Shown piece after piece: positions 16,477 to 28,353 of a stretch of DNA of 49,436 nt. Each line of letters opens with the position of its first letter. Position 1 is the first letter of the stretch. Both the position numbers and the translations under genes were made by a program. The notes below the pieces were generated by a model that ran no database searches, was not told the DNA's origin, and saw only the letters and a list, made by a program, of their open reading frames with translations. The DNA comes from Candidatus Berkelbacteria bacterium (GTDB taxonomy: Bacteria > Patescibacteriota > UBA1384 > JACPKC01). The stretch is taken from assembly GCA_020429585.1 (NCBI GenBank), contig JAGQLE010000001.1:1-49436 (forward strand), given 5' to 3'.

Positions 16477-17946
16477 GTGGCTGATATTGATCCATCGTGG
16501 GGCTTGGGTCAACAAGAGCAAGAGTCATCGACTCAGGCTATTCCTGTAGTCAAAAGCCAACCTAGGGCAAGCTTGTTGCCACAATCACAGAAGTCTCTAC
16601 CACTCAGTACTAAGAATCCTTTGCCGCCGGTTCAAGCTCCAGCGCAGAAGCAATCTAATGCGACGTCTCCGGTCATCAGTCCTCCAGCTGCCCCGCAGAT
16701 TCCCCAGCCGGCAAATCATCCAGATCTACCCGGTCCAAAAGCCGGTTGGCCAGGTTGGGTAAAGGGAACATTGGCTGCGCTTGTAGTGGTGGTAACAGGT
16801 TTAGGATTTTATTTTTTGTCGGAGGCGGGTTTTATTTCAACTGGCCTTGAGGGACTATGGGGCCTTCCTAATAATGGCACTAAGGCCTTTGCCGAAAGTT
16901 CACAGTCACTTCTAAATTTGGGCACGTATCAATTATCGGGCAAGGCTGAGTTGGTTATTACGTCAGCGTCAGGCCAGTCAACTCTGTCGGGATTTTTTAC
17001 TCAAGATGTATCTCCCGCTGGAACGAGAGTCCAGGCTGAGTTGTCGTTGGTCGGAAACTCGCAGGAAGCGGCTGAGTTATTTGGGCCGGTACTGGCAGCT
17101 GGTGACCGAGTGCAGCTCGAAATGATAAATATTGGCCAAGATCTGTTTTTACGGATTCCTGATCAACCTGGCGAGGAAATTTGGACTAAGGTACCTCTCA
17201 GCGATGTAGCCTTAATCGATTTACGCCCGTTTGCTTGGCCAGAGGTTTTGACGGCAATTGCCGAAGGTAATATTGCTAGCAAGCGTGATGGCGGCAAGAC
17301 TTTCGACGGCGTTAAAACTAAGGGATATCAGGAACAGGTGCCGCTTTCGGTACTCACTAAACTTATGATCCCAAAACTTAGCTTAGGAGATCCGATTAAT
17401 ATTACTGCTTTCTTGGAAGCTAAGGACGGCAAGCCGTACGCAATAGAATTTTCCGGTCCGGTTTCGGCTGGCGGTCTAAGTTCTGATCTAAGCGGAAAGG
17501 TCGAGTTTACATCTTTGGGCAGTTCCAGTGAAATTCAAACCCCGGCTGTTGCTCAAGTCGACAGTCAGACTCTCGAGGTCTGGTTGGCAGAAAACGGCTT
17601 TACTCCTTCCGAAAGCAATACCGGCCGGGATGCAAAACGCAAAGCCGATCTACGAGAAATCTCGCTTGCTTTAGCTAACGTTGCAGCTAGTTCTCAGCCT
17701 TTTGGCTATCCTAAAACTGACGGCTTAGTCCGACTTGACCAGGCTCCAGAAATCACTCGCCAGCTAGCTGCTTTTCTAGACGAAGTGCCGGCAGATCCAC
17801 AGTCGCCCGATCGCTACTACGGTTACGAATCAAATGGGAATGGCTTTAAGTTAACCGCAGTTATGGAAGACCAAAGCGATCAGCAAGGTACTAAGGTTGG
17901 GGATTTGTTGTTGTTCGTTATCGAATCACGGGGAATTATTCAGTAA
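16477..17946 (+). CDS. membrane-anchored protein with a Pro/Gln-rich N-terminus and a pilin-like C-terminal module
   Basis: GTG start after AGGAGGG. Low-complexity P/Q/S-rich first ~95 aa, then one TM helix (LAALVVVVTGLGFYFL). The C-terminal GRDAKRKADLREISLAL resembles the segment that follows the N-terminal helix of type IV pilin-like proteins. Confidence 0.6.
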   Translation: MADIDPSWGLGQQEQESSTQAIPVVKSQPRASLLPQSQKSLPLSTKNPLPPVQAPAQKQSNATSPVISPPAAPQIPQPANHPDLPGPKAGWPGWVKGTLAALVVVVTGLGFYFLSEAGFISTGLEGLWGLPNNGTKAFAESSQSLLNLGTYQLSGKAELVITSASGQSTLSGFFTQDVSPAGTRVQAELSLVGNSQEAAELFGPVLAAGDRVQLEMINIGQDLFLRIPDQPGEEIWTKVPLSDVALIDLRPFAWPEVLTAIAEGNIASKRDGGKTFDGVKTKGYQEQVPLSVLTKLMIPKLSLGDPINITAFLEAKDGKPYAIEFSGPVSAGGLSSDLSGKVEFTSLGSSSEIQTPAVAQVDSQTLEVWLAENGFTPSESNTGRDAKRKADLREISLALANVAASSQPFGYPKTDGLVRLDQAPEITRQLAAFLDEVPADPQSPDRYYGYESNGNGFKLTAVMEDQSDQQGTKVGDLLLFVIESRGIIQ

Positions 17947-18010
17947 ATCTTCTAGAAAAAGATATTTTTTTAAGTTATGATTAACCAAATCAGAATCTAA
18001 GAGGAATTTT

Positions 18011-18574
18011 ATGTTTATTTTACTTGGCATTATTGGCGTTATTGTTCTTTGGGTAATCTTTGCTTATAACGGCCTGATCACACTTCGCAATAGGGTTGAT
18101 GAGGCGTGGAGTGATATCGATGTCCAGCTCAAGCGCCGCTACGATCTAATTCCTAATTTGGTTGAAACCGTTAAGGGTTACGCTAAGCACGAAAAAAAGG
18201 TTTTTGAGGAAGTAACTAAGGCTAGGGCTGCAGCAATGGGAGCCGAATCGGGTGGGAATCCTAAGGATTTGGCTGCCAAAGAAAGCATGCTTACAAGTGC
18301 CCTAAAGAGTGTTTTTGCAGTAGCAGAGAATTATCCAGAGCTTAAGGCTAGTCAAAACTTTACTCAACTTCAGGGTGAGTTAACCGATACTGAAGACAAA
18401 ATTGAGGCCGCTCGCCGGTTCTACAATGGGAATGTTCGGGATTTCAATACTAAATTACAGGTTTTTCCAACTAATTTGATTGGTAATTCTCTAGGATTTA
18501 AAGCTAAAGAGTTTTTTGAAGCTGCTGATTCAGAACGTGAGAACGTTAAGGTTAGCTTCGACGATAAAAAGTAG
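18011..18574 (+). CDS. lemA: LemA family protein
   Basis: N-terminal TM helix; NGLITLRNRVDEAWSDIDVQLKRRYDLIPNLVETVKGY. Confidence 0.9.
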   Translation: MFILLGIIGVIVLWVIFAYNGLITLRNRVDEAWSDIDVQLKRRYDLIPNLVETVKGYAKHEKKVFEEVTKARAAAMGAESGGNPKDLAAKESMLTSALKSVFAVAENYPELKASQNFTQLQGELTDTEDKIEAARRFYNGNVRDFNTKLQVFPTNLIGNSLGFKAKEFFEAADSERENVKVSFDDKK

Positions 18575-18602
18575 CTAGACCCAAAAGGGGAGGAGGGTAA
18601 AA

Positions 18603-19319
18603 ATGAAGATTGAGCAGACTTTTCAGTGGAGTTGGGATTGGTTTACCAAAAGGTTTTCCTTTATTGCCCTTGTTTCCCTGATATATATGGCAGCAACAAT
18701 TATTTTGGGTGGCTCTGTGTTCGCGTTTCTTCTGGGTGGCACTGTGGCCAGTGGCGCTATTCTTGAGATCTTTCAGGATTCTGTTCGCCATACCCAGCTC
18801 CAATCATTCGGGGCAGCCGGATTTTTACTTTTAAGTGTTGGTGGCCTGGTGTTATTTTCTCTTTTTACCTATATCAACGGTACGATTGCCTATGCCGCTA
18901 AGCTGGTAGCTGAAAATAAAAAAGTTTCGGCTTGGAATCCGTTTAAGATGGCCTTAAGCCGCTACTTTAACTTTTTTCTCTTAGGCTTGTTTTCGGCAGT
19001 TTTGATCGGTCTTGGGAGTATTTTCTTTGTTATTCCGGGAATTATTGCGGGAATTTTCTTAACCTTCTCTTTTTACTTGGTAGCAGTTGAGGATCTTGAC
19101 TCGGTTGGAGCGATGACCCGTTCGTTCGAAATCGTTCGGGACAACTTTGGGCCTGTATTAGGAGTTCTGTTTATTCTCTTCCTGATTAATCTAGTAATCG
19201 GCTGGGTTTTTGGTTGGATTCCACTATTTGGCCAGTTTGCCGGAATTCTAGCGATGGTATTTTCAATGATCGTAATTGCTGCTATGTATAAGCAAGTCAA
19301 TAAAAGCAAAAAGAAATAA
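18603..19319 (+). CDS. multi-pass membrane protein, unknown function
   Basis: 238 aa with about 5-6 hydrophobic segments. SD GGAGGAGGG upstream. Confidence 0.6.
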   Translation: MKIEQTFQWSWDWFTKRFSFIALVSLIYMAATIILGGSVFAFLLGGTVASGAILEIFQDSVRHTQLQSFGAAGFLLLSVGGLVLFSLFTYINGTIAYAAKLVAENKKVSAWNPFKMALSRYFNFFLLGLFSAVLIGLGSIFFVIPGIIAGIFLTFSFYLVAVEDLDSVGAMTRSFEIVRDNFGPVLGVLFILFLINLVIGWVFGWIPLFGQFAGILAMVFSMIVIAAMYKQVNKSKKK

Positions 19320-19327
19320 GGAGAAAA

Positions 19328-19693
19328 ATGGCTGACGAAATGAAAGATGCCAAGATGGCAGATTCTGGGGCTAAGGCGGGCGGTAGTGATGTCGAAGACA
19401 ATAAGTTTATGGCGGCCTTGTCTTACTTTGGATTGTTGGTTTTAATTCCCCTTTTAACTAAAAAGGATTCGCCATACGTTAAATTCCACATTAAGCAGGG
19501 TTTGGGATTATTGATTCTGATGGTTGCCGTTAACGTTATTCTTGTTATTCCATTTTTGGGCTGGATTGTTGGATTTATCGGTTGGTTGGCTGTCTTAGGT
19601 TTATTTATCATGGGTGTTATTAATGCCTTTGGTGGCAAAACTAAACCACTGCCTTTAATTGGCGACTGGGCCGATAAGAATCTTAATATCTAA
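19328..19693 (+). CDS. DUF4870-like small membrane protein
   Basis: AALSYFGLLVLIPLLTKKDSPYVKFHIKQGLGLLIL is typical of DUF4870. Confidence 0.7.
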   Translation: MADEMKDAKMADSGAKAGGSDVEDNKFMAALSYFGLLVLIPLLTKKDSPYVKFHIKQGLGLLILMVAVNVILVIPFLGWIVGFIGWLAVLGLFIMGVINAFGGKTKPLPLIGDWADKNLNI

Positions 19694-19714
19694 GTCGGTT
19701 TTTCTGATTTAAAA

Positions 19715-19738
19715 AGCCCTCGCCTAGAGGGCTTTTTA
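19715..19738 (+). terminator. intrinsic terminator
   Basis: AGCCCTC-GCCTA-GAGGGCT followed by TTTTT. Confidence 0.7.
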
Positions 19739-19775
19739 AGTAGATAAAAGCTCTCTACTTGGTTAAAATGGCAGT

Positions 19776-22750
<2,975 letters not shown>

Positions 22751-22780
22751 ATTGTTCTAAAAACTAGGAATTGCTACCCT

Positions 22781-24097
22781 ATGATCAGGTTTTCGGACCT
22801 TAAAATTCAAATTTGGAGGTGCCTTGTGGCACTGGAAGTTTACGAAACCAAGGGTCGAATAGACTATCGAAAAGGTAGTTTTGATCCACCTTGCAATGCA
22901 GTCAACGGCGTTTTTTTGATTCATCCTCTGGAGATCAATAACGCCAAGTTTGTTTTTAGTGATCCTAAGATGGATCGTCTTATTGAGATGTTTGCTAAAA
23001 CATTTCGAGAAAAAGGTGAAGTTGGCGACTTTGTCAGGGCAATTCTGCGCAAGAACAGCCTAAAGATCGTTGGTCTAATCGATGCTCGCTCAGGAAAAGC
23101 TCGGTGCCAGGTCGCATTGATTTTAATTCCGTTTTTGCCACATGACTACCATGATCCGGCCAAAAAGAGGGTGATTCGCCTGTATATTTTGGCTGCAACC
23201 AAGCTAGCTAAGTTTTTGGGAGCGGGATATGTTGGCTTGGGGGCATTTAATTCTGTCGTGACGGCGAATGGTAAATGGCTTGATTTACAGAACGTTTTGG
23301 CAACCACTTCGGGGGCAGCTGGTACCGCCGCCAGTCTTTTTGCTGGATCGCTTCGAGGTGCAAGGAATATCGGAATCATTGCTAAAAAGTCTACTCTAGT
23401 AGTGGTCGGAGCAACTGGCGGTGTTGGTTTACCAACTACAATGATGCTTGCGCCAAAGTTTAAGCAGGTTATTCTCGTGGCTCGTAAAGAAGGGCCGTTA
23501 GTTAATTTAGGTCGGGCTTTGATCAACGAGGCCGGATTAAAAGAAGATCAGGTAATTGCTACGCTTGATACCAAGGCAGCTTTAAAACATGCCGACGTTT
23601 CTATTTTGGCAACTTCGGTGGCTCATGCAAAGGAGTTGGGCTTGAGTGCGAACAGCTTTAAGTCGGGGTCACTAGTCGTAGATGCGGGCAGGCCTAAAAA
23701 TCTAGAAAGAGAAGTTGTTCAGAAGGGAGAGTTTTTGGCGATCGACGGTGGCGTTTATGAATTGAAGAATGGCGAGATCGATCCATCCGCTCAGCTGATC
23801 TTACAGATGGGTGGTGACAAGTTGATCTACGGCTGCTTAGCGGAAACCATTTTGTGTTGCCTGCAAGGTAAAACCGTTAGTCAGAGCATTGGCGCCAGAA
23901 CATCAACAGACTTAGTAAAGGCAGTAAGTAAGGGTTTTAAAAGTAAGAAAATAAAATTGGCTAAGCTGCGCATGTTCGATGAGCCAGTGTCGCTTGCTGA
24001 GGTTAACCGCATTAGGCTGATTCGTCTTGCGAAGGCCTTTGAAAAGCTGCAATTGCCGGCGATTCAGTCGATACCGCTTGGCCTAAAGCCAGCATGA
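22781..24097 (+). CDS. acyl-ACP reductase-like / COG5322 NAD(P)-dependent oxidoreductase
   Basis: Collinear with cyanobacterial acyl-ACP reductase as recalled from memory: GLGAFNSVV, TTSGAAGTA, VVVGATGGVG (Rossmann), DAGRPKNL, and YGCLAETIL with a Cys at the catalytic-Cys position. The start is probably GTG 22826, 6 nt after GGAGG. Confidence 0.7.
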   Translation: MIRFSDLKIQIWRCLVALEVYETKGRIDYRKGSFDPPCNAVNGVFLIHPLEINNAKFVFSDPKMDRLIEMFAKTFREKGEVGDFVRAILRKNSLKIVGLIDARSGKARCQVALILIPFLPHDYHDPAKKRVIRLYILAATKLAKFLGAGYVGLGAFNSVVTANGKWLDLQNVLATTSGAAGTAASLFAGSLRGARNIGIIAKKSTLVVVGATGGVGLPTTMMLAPKFKQVILVARKEGPLVNLGRALINEAGLKEDQVIATLDTKAALKHADVSILATSVAHAKELGLSANSFKSGSLVVDAGRPKNLEREVVQKGEFLAIDGGVYELKNGEIDPSAQLILQMGGDKLIYGCLAETILCCLQGKTVSQSIGARTSTDLVKAVSKGFKSKKIKLAKLRMFDEPVSLAEVNRIRLIRLAKAFEKLQLPAIQSIPLGLKPA

Positions 24098-24165
24098 CGG
24101 GTGCTGCTCTTTGAGCGCACCCATTTTTTATTGAACCAAACCTGTTTTTTGAGTACTCTAAGCGC

Positions 24166-24468
24166 ATGCAAAAGCAAGATCTCCAAAAAGTTGCCGAGTT
24201 ATCGCGGCTTAAACTAACCGAGGTAGAGCTCGAAAAGTTTAGCGAGCAGATCTCGGATATCGTTAAGTACGTCGAGCAGCTTAACGAAGTGGATACTCAA
24301 GATATCGAACCGACCAGCCAAGTAACTGGTTTGATGAATGTCCTTAGACCAGACGAACAGGTAGAGGGTAGCAGCGACCCCGATAGGAAAGCCTTATTAA
24401 GTAATGCGCCGGAGCAAGAAAGCAATTATGTTAAAGTACCTGGTGTTTTTGCCGGCGGAGATGAGTAG
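24166..24468 (+). CDS. gatC: Asp/Glu-tRNA amidotransferase subunit C
   Basis: VAELSRLKLTEVELEKFSEQISDIVKYVEQLNEVDT...EPTSQV. Confidence 0.9.
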   Translation: MQKQDLQKVAELSRLKLTEVELEKFSEQISDIVKYVEQLNEVDTQDIEPTSQVTGLMNVLRPDEQVEGSSDPDRKALLSNAPEQESNYVKVPGVFAGGDE

Positions 24469-24475
24469 CTTTATT

Positions 24476-24530
24476 GTCATCCTGAATGCAATGAAGGGTT
24501 TTTGAGATTCTTCGTTTTACTCAGAATGAC
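24476..24530. repeat. MITE/REP-like palindromic element (GTCATCCTGA...TCAGAATGAC) between gatC and gatA
   Basis: Terminal inverted repeats form a ~10-bp stem with one mismatch. Same termini as elements at 28855, 41804, 44286, 45138/45195 and 37369. Confidence 0.7.
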
Positions 24531-24542
24531 AGCAAGGAAAGT

Positions 24543-26015
24543 ATGGTAATCAAAACTATTACCCAAGCAAATGAGGCGTTGGAAAAAGGCGAGTTGCGCT
24601 CGATCGATCTTGTTAATGAGCATTTTGACCGGATCAACGAGCATGACTCTAAAATCAAATCGTTTTTGACTCTGAATAAGGAGGAAGCGCTTGCCCAGGC
24701 CCAAGCCTCGGACCGTCGGCGGGCGGAAAGTAAAAGTCTTGGTGATTTGGATGGAATCCCAGTTTCAATTAAAGACATCGTTGCAATCAAGAATTTAAGG
24801 ACGACCGCTTCATCTAATTTGCTGGCCAATTTTGTGCCGGCGTACGATGCGACAGTAGTTAAAAAACTCAAAGAAGCTGGCGCGGTAATTTTAGGTAAGG
24901 TTAACTGCGATGCTTGGGCTCATGGCTCTAGTACGGAAAATTCCGATTTTGGACCGAGTAAAAATCCTTGGGACCTCGAACGAATTCCTGGCGGTTCGTC
25001 GGGTGGGTCAACGGCGGCGGTGGCTGCTGGTTTCGGTTTGGCATCGATTGGAACCGATACAGGCGGTTCGATCCGTCAGCCCGCTTCGCTCTGCGGCGTA
25101 ACCGGCTTAAAGCCAACCTACGGTCGGGTTAGTCGGTACGGCTTGATTGCGATGGCCAGTTCTCTGGATTGCCCCGGACCAATTACGCGTTCTGCCGAGG
25201 ATGCTGCCTTAATGATGCGCGTTATCGCCGGTCAGGATTATCTCGACAGTACAACCTTGCCCGAAGGTAAGTTTCCTGAAGTCAACGTCGATAAGGACGG
25301 CAACGCTCCACTTAAGGGGTTGAGAGTTGGTTTGCCAAAAGAATACTTTGCTGATGGTCTGGATAGCGAAGTGGCTCAGGTCGTCGAAGAGGCAATTGAT
25401 CAGTTTAAAAAACTAGGTGCTGAATTTAAAGAGGTTAGCTTGCCGACCACTAAAAACGCTTTGGCGGTTTACTATGTAATTATGCCGGCCGAAGTTTCGA
25501 GCAACCTCGCCCGGTTTGATGGAATTCGTTATGGCGTTCGCTCGGAAAAGGCACAGAATCTGGCTGAGATTTATGATCTCTCCCGTTCTGAGGGATTTGG
25601 TGCTGAGGCGAAACGACGAATTATGATGGGTACTTATGTACTTTCTTCGGGCTACTACGACGCTTATTACAAGAAGGCGATGCAGGTTAGAACCCTAATC
25701 ATCGAAGATTTTCATCGGGTATTTGATGAAGTTGATCTGCTTTTAACGCCAACTAGTCCGACTCCGGCTTGGAAAATGGGCGAAAAAACCGAGGACCCGC
25801 TAACGATGTACCTCGCCGATATTTATACGGTTTCGGCTAACTTGGCCGGTATTCCTGGTATTTCCGTGCCGTGCGGGTTTGTTAAGCAGGATAGTAGTCA
25901 GCTCCCAGTCGGTCTACAGTTGCTAGGGAACCAGCTAGACGAAGACAAGATTTTGCGAGCAGCGATTGCTTATCAGCAGGCTACCGATTGGCATTTACGA
26001 GATCCGGAGTTTTAA
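24543..26015 (+). CDS. gatA: Asp/Glu-tRNA amidotransferase subunit A
   Basis: GIPVSIKD, GGSSGGSTAAVAAG and DTGGSIRQPA amidase signature. Confidence 0.95.
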   Translation: MVIKTITQANEALEKGELRSIDLVNEHFDRINEHDSKIKSFLTLNKEEALAQAQASDRRRAESKSLGDLDGIPVSIKDIVAIKNLRTTASSNLLANFVPAYDATVVKKLKEAGAVILGKVNCDAWAHGSSTENSDFGPSKNPWDLERIPGGSSGGSTAAVAAGFGLASIGTDTGGSIRQPASLCGVTGLKPTYGRVSRYGLIAMASSLDCPGPITRSAEDAALMMRVIAGQDYLDSTTLPEGKFPEVNVDKDGNAPLKGLRVGLPKEYFADGLDSEVAQVVEEAIDQFKKLGAEFKEVSLPTTKNALAVYYVIMPAEVSSNLARFDGIRYGVRSEKAQNLAEIYDLSRSEGFGAEAKRRIMMGTYVLSSGYYDAYYKKAMQVRTLIIEDFHRVFDEVDLLLTPTSPTPAWKMGEKTEDPLTMYLADIYTVSANLAGIPGISVPCGFVKQDSSQLPVGLQLLGNQLDEDKILRAAIAYQQATDWHLRDPEF

Positions 26016-26440
26016 TGGCTAAGTCTAACAATTCAGGGCCAACAATTTTTACTCAGCTCGGCAAGGCGCTGCTCGGTCTTTTTAAGTTAATTTTTAGTAA
26101 GAAGGATAAAAAGTTCAATCACGAGCAGCTGTTGGCTCAATTTGGCACGATCGAGAAACTCGTCGAGTCGAATGATCCAATTCATGCCGCTCAGGCGGTA
26201 GTAAGGGCTGATAGCTTTTTGGATTTAGTAATGAAGAAGTCTGGCGCCCGAGGAGAAACATTTGGCGAAAGACTAAAGAATATTGAGTCGAGGTTTGAGC
26301 GAAGTTTTTATCAGCAACTTTGGGAGGCGCATAAGCTCCGCAACAGGATTGCCCACGAGCACCCAGAAGTCTCGATAGCTCAAGCTAAAAATTCTCTCGA
26401 AACTTTTCGGCGGGCTGCCTCAATTTTAGGAGCATTTTGA
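26015..26440 (+). CDS. hypothetical protein with a C-terminal HEPN/DUF4145-like R-x4-H motif
   Basis: The ATG overlaps the gatA stop (TAATG). 141 aa. LWEAHKLRNRIAHEH sits in a predicted helical C-terminal domain. Confidence 0.6.
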   Translation: MAKSNNSGPTIFTQLGKALLGLFKLIFSKKDKKFNHEQLLAQFGTIEKLVESNDPIHAAQAVVRADSFLDLVMKKSGARGETFGERLKNIESRFERSFYQQLWEAHKLRNRIAHEHPEVSIAQAKNSLETFRRAASILGAF

Positions 26441-26838
26441 TCGTGAGTAGCAAAGTGGCAAGTAGCGAAGTAGTAAGGGTTCGGGCGGATGGATTTAAGA
26501 GTCTTATAGTTTGGCAAAAGGCTATGGATCTAACAGTTGAAGTTTATAAGGTTACTGAGAACTTTCCCAAAACAGAGCTTTATGGTTTAGTCTCTCAGTT
26601 GCGGCGAGCAAGTAGTTCTATTCCAGCAAATATTGCCGAGGGTTACGGTAGGAATTTTACTAAGGAAGAGCGTCATTTTTTATCAATAGCATATGGTTCA
26701 TTGATGGAAGTTGAGACTTTTCTTATTCTTTCTTATAGGCTTGGTTTTATGTCAGCAGGGTTATTTCGAAAAATCGACGCTACAAGAAACGAAGTGGGAA
26801 AATTAGTTATTGGATATAGAAGGAGTAGGCAAGATTAG
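26437..26838 (+). CDS. four-helix-bundle protein (23S rRNA intervening-sequence protein family), intact copy
   Basis: LIVWQKAMDL...LVSQLRRASSSIPANIAEGYGR...SLMEVETFL. The start (TTG 26437 or GTG 26443) overlaps the upstream stop. Confidence 0.85.
   Translation: MIVSSKVASSEVVRVRADGFKSLIVWQKAMDLTVEVYKVTENFPKTELYGLVSQLRRASSSIPANIAEGYGRNFTKEERHFLSIAYGSLMEVETFLILSYRLGFMSAGLFRKIDATRNEVGKLVIGYRRSRQD
26443..26475. repeat. heptamer-type tract (GCAAGTA/GTAGCAA-like), left flank of the intact four-helix-bundle cassette
   Basis: gtgagtagcaaagtggcaagtagcgaagtagtaagg. It encodes the low-complexity N-terminus of the ORF. Confidence 0.55.
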
Positions 26839-26880
26839 CTTTGCTACTTGCTACACACTACATGACTACTAAAAATTACG
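26839..26880. repeat. inverted heptamer tract, right flank of the intact cassette
   Basis: ctttgct acttgct acacact acatgact; acttgct is the reverse complement of left-flank agcaagt. The gatB ATG (26862) lies inside the tract. Confidence 0.55.
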
Positions 26881-28298
26881 AAGCAGTTATCGGAATGGAG
26901 ATTCACGCGGAACTGGCGACTAAAACCAAGATGTTTTGTAGTTGCTTAAATGCGCCGTTCGAGAGCGAGCCTAATGCCAATACTTGCCCGTTATGCATGG
27001 GGATGCCGGGAACTTTGCCAGTGATCAATACCCAGGCGGTGGAATGGACAGTGGACTTGGGTTACGACTTAGGTTCGACGGTAGCGGAATTTACCAAGTG
27101 GGACCGTAAAAACTATTATTATCCGGATCTACCCAAAGGTTATCAGATTAGTCAGTACGATTTGCCGCTTTTGGAAGGCGGAGCGATTGAGTTTAAAGAT
27201 TCGACCGGCGAGGTTAAAAGAATTGAGCTAACTCGAGTTCACCTCGAAGAGGATACAGGTAAGTTGGTTCATGCGGCCGATAACCAGTCGTCTTTAGTCG
27301 ATTATAACCGGGCCGGCGTGCCACTCTTGGAGCTTGTAACAGAGCCGGTTATTCACGATGCCGAAACGGCGAAAAAGTTTTGCCAAACTTACCAGTTTAT
27401 TTTGCAGCGGCGCGGGATTGCCCGGGCTTCGATGGAAAAAGGCGAGATGCGTTGCGAAGCTAATATCTCGGTCCGACCAGTTGGCTCAAAGGAGTTTGGT
27501 ACTAAGGTTGAGGTTAAAAACTTAAATTCTTTTCGCGTGGTTGAACGAGCGATTAAGTATGAGATTGAGCGGCAAATTGAGGCTTTGGAGAATGGCGAGG
27601 AACTTGTTCAGGAGACTCGAGGTTGGGATGAGGTTAAGCAAAAAACATTCAGTCAACGCAAAAAAGAAACAGCCGCCGATTACCGTTATTTCCCTGAGCC
27701 CGACTTGCCGCCGGTCACGCCAAGTTCGTTGTGGGATTTAGCTACCAAGGCCCGCGATGTCCGGCCGATGCCCCATGCCGAGGCGGCGGAAATTGTCAGC
27801 CAGTATGGCTTAGCCCAAGATGTCGCTGAGATGTTTACTTCGGACTTGGATGCGTATGGATTTTGGACGGAGTTGGTAACCGAGCTAGCCGAACCAACCG
27901 ATCAACAAAAAGAACAGCTTAAGATTGCGGCTTCGACCTATGTTAATAATGATGCAGTTCGGGTTTTAAACACTCCTCAGCAAGTTGAGTTAGCTGGACT
28001 TGTCGCCTTAGGCACGATCTCCAAATCTCAGATCCGCGAGGTGGTTACGGCCGTTGTCGAAAAAGGCTTGGAGCCGGCTGAGGTAGTTGAAACCCTTGGC
28101 TTAAAACAGATGAGTGACGAGAGTGCAATTGAGCAACTGGTTGATGAAGTACTTGGTGAGAATGCCGATGCAGTCGAAAAAATTAAGGGTGGCGATAATA
28201 AAGCGATTGGTTTTTTGGTTGGCCAGGTCATGCGTAAGGCCCAAGGTAAAGCCAATCCAGGAGTCGTCAATAAGATTCTTAAGGAGAAGTTAGAGTAA
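26862..28298 (+). CDS. gatB: Asp/Glu-tRNA amidotransferase subunit B
   Basis: YEAVIGMEIHAELATKTKMFCSC..., CPLCMGMPGTLP, and a C-terminal GatB/YqeY domain. Start set to ATG 26862; TTG 26841 is possible. Confidence 0.93.
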   Translation: MTTKNYEAVIGMEIHAELATKTKMFCSCLNAPFESEPNANTCPLCMGMPGTLPVINTQAVEWTVDLGYDLGSTVAEFTKWDRKNYYYPDLPKGYQISQYDLPLLEGGAIEFKDSTGEVKRIELTRVHLEEDTGKLVHAADNQSSLVDYNRAGVPLLELVTEPVIHDAETAKKFCQTYQFILQRRGIARASMEKGEMRCEANISVRPVGSKEFGTKVEVKNLNSFRVVERAIKYEIERQIEALENGEELVQETRGWDEVKQKTFSQRKKETAADYRYFPEPDLPPVTPSSLWDLATKARDVRPMPHAEAAEIVSQYGLAQDVAEMFTSDLDAYGFWTELVTELAEPTDQQKEQLKIAASTYVNNDAVRVLNTPQQVELAGLVALGTISKSQIREVVTAVVEKGLEPAEVVETLGLKQMSDESAIEQLVDEVLGENADAVEKIKGGDNKAIGFLVGQVMRKAQGKANPGVVNKILKEKLE

Positions 28299-28353
28299 GA
28301 TTTCTCCTTTGCGGTCGATGATGACCGCGTTAATATAAGGTTAAGGTGACAAA

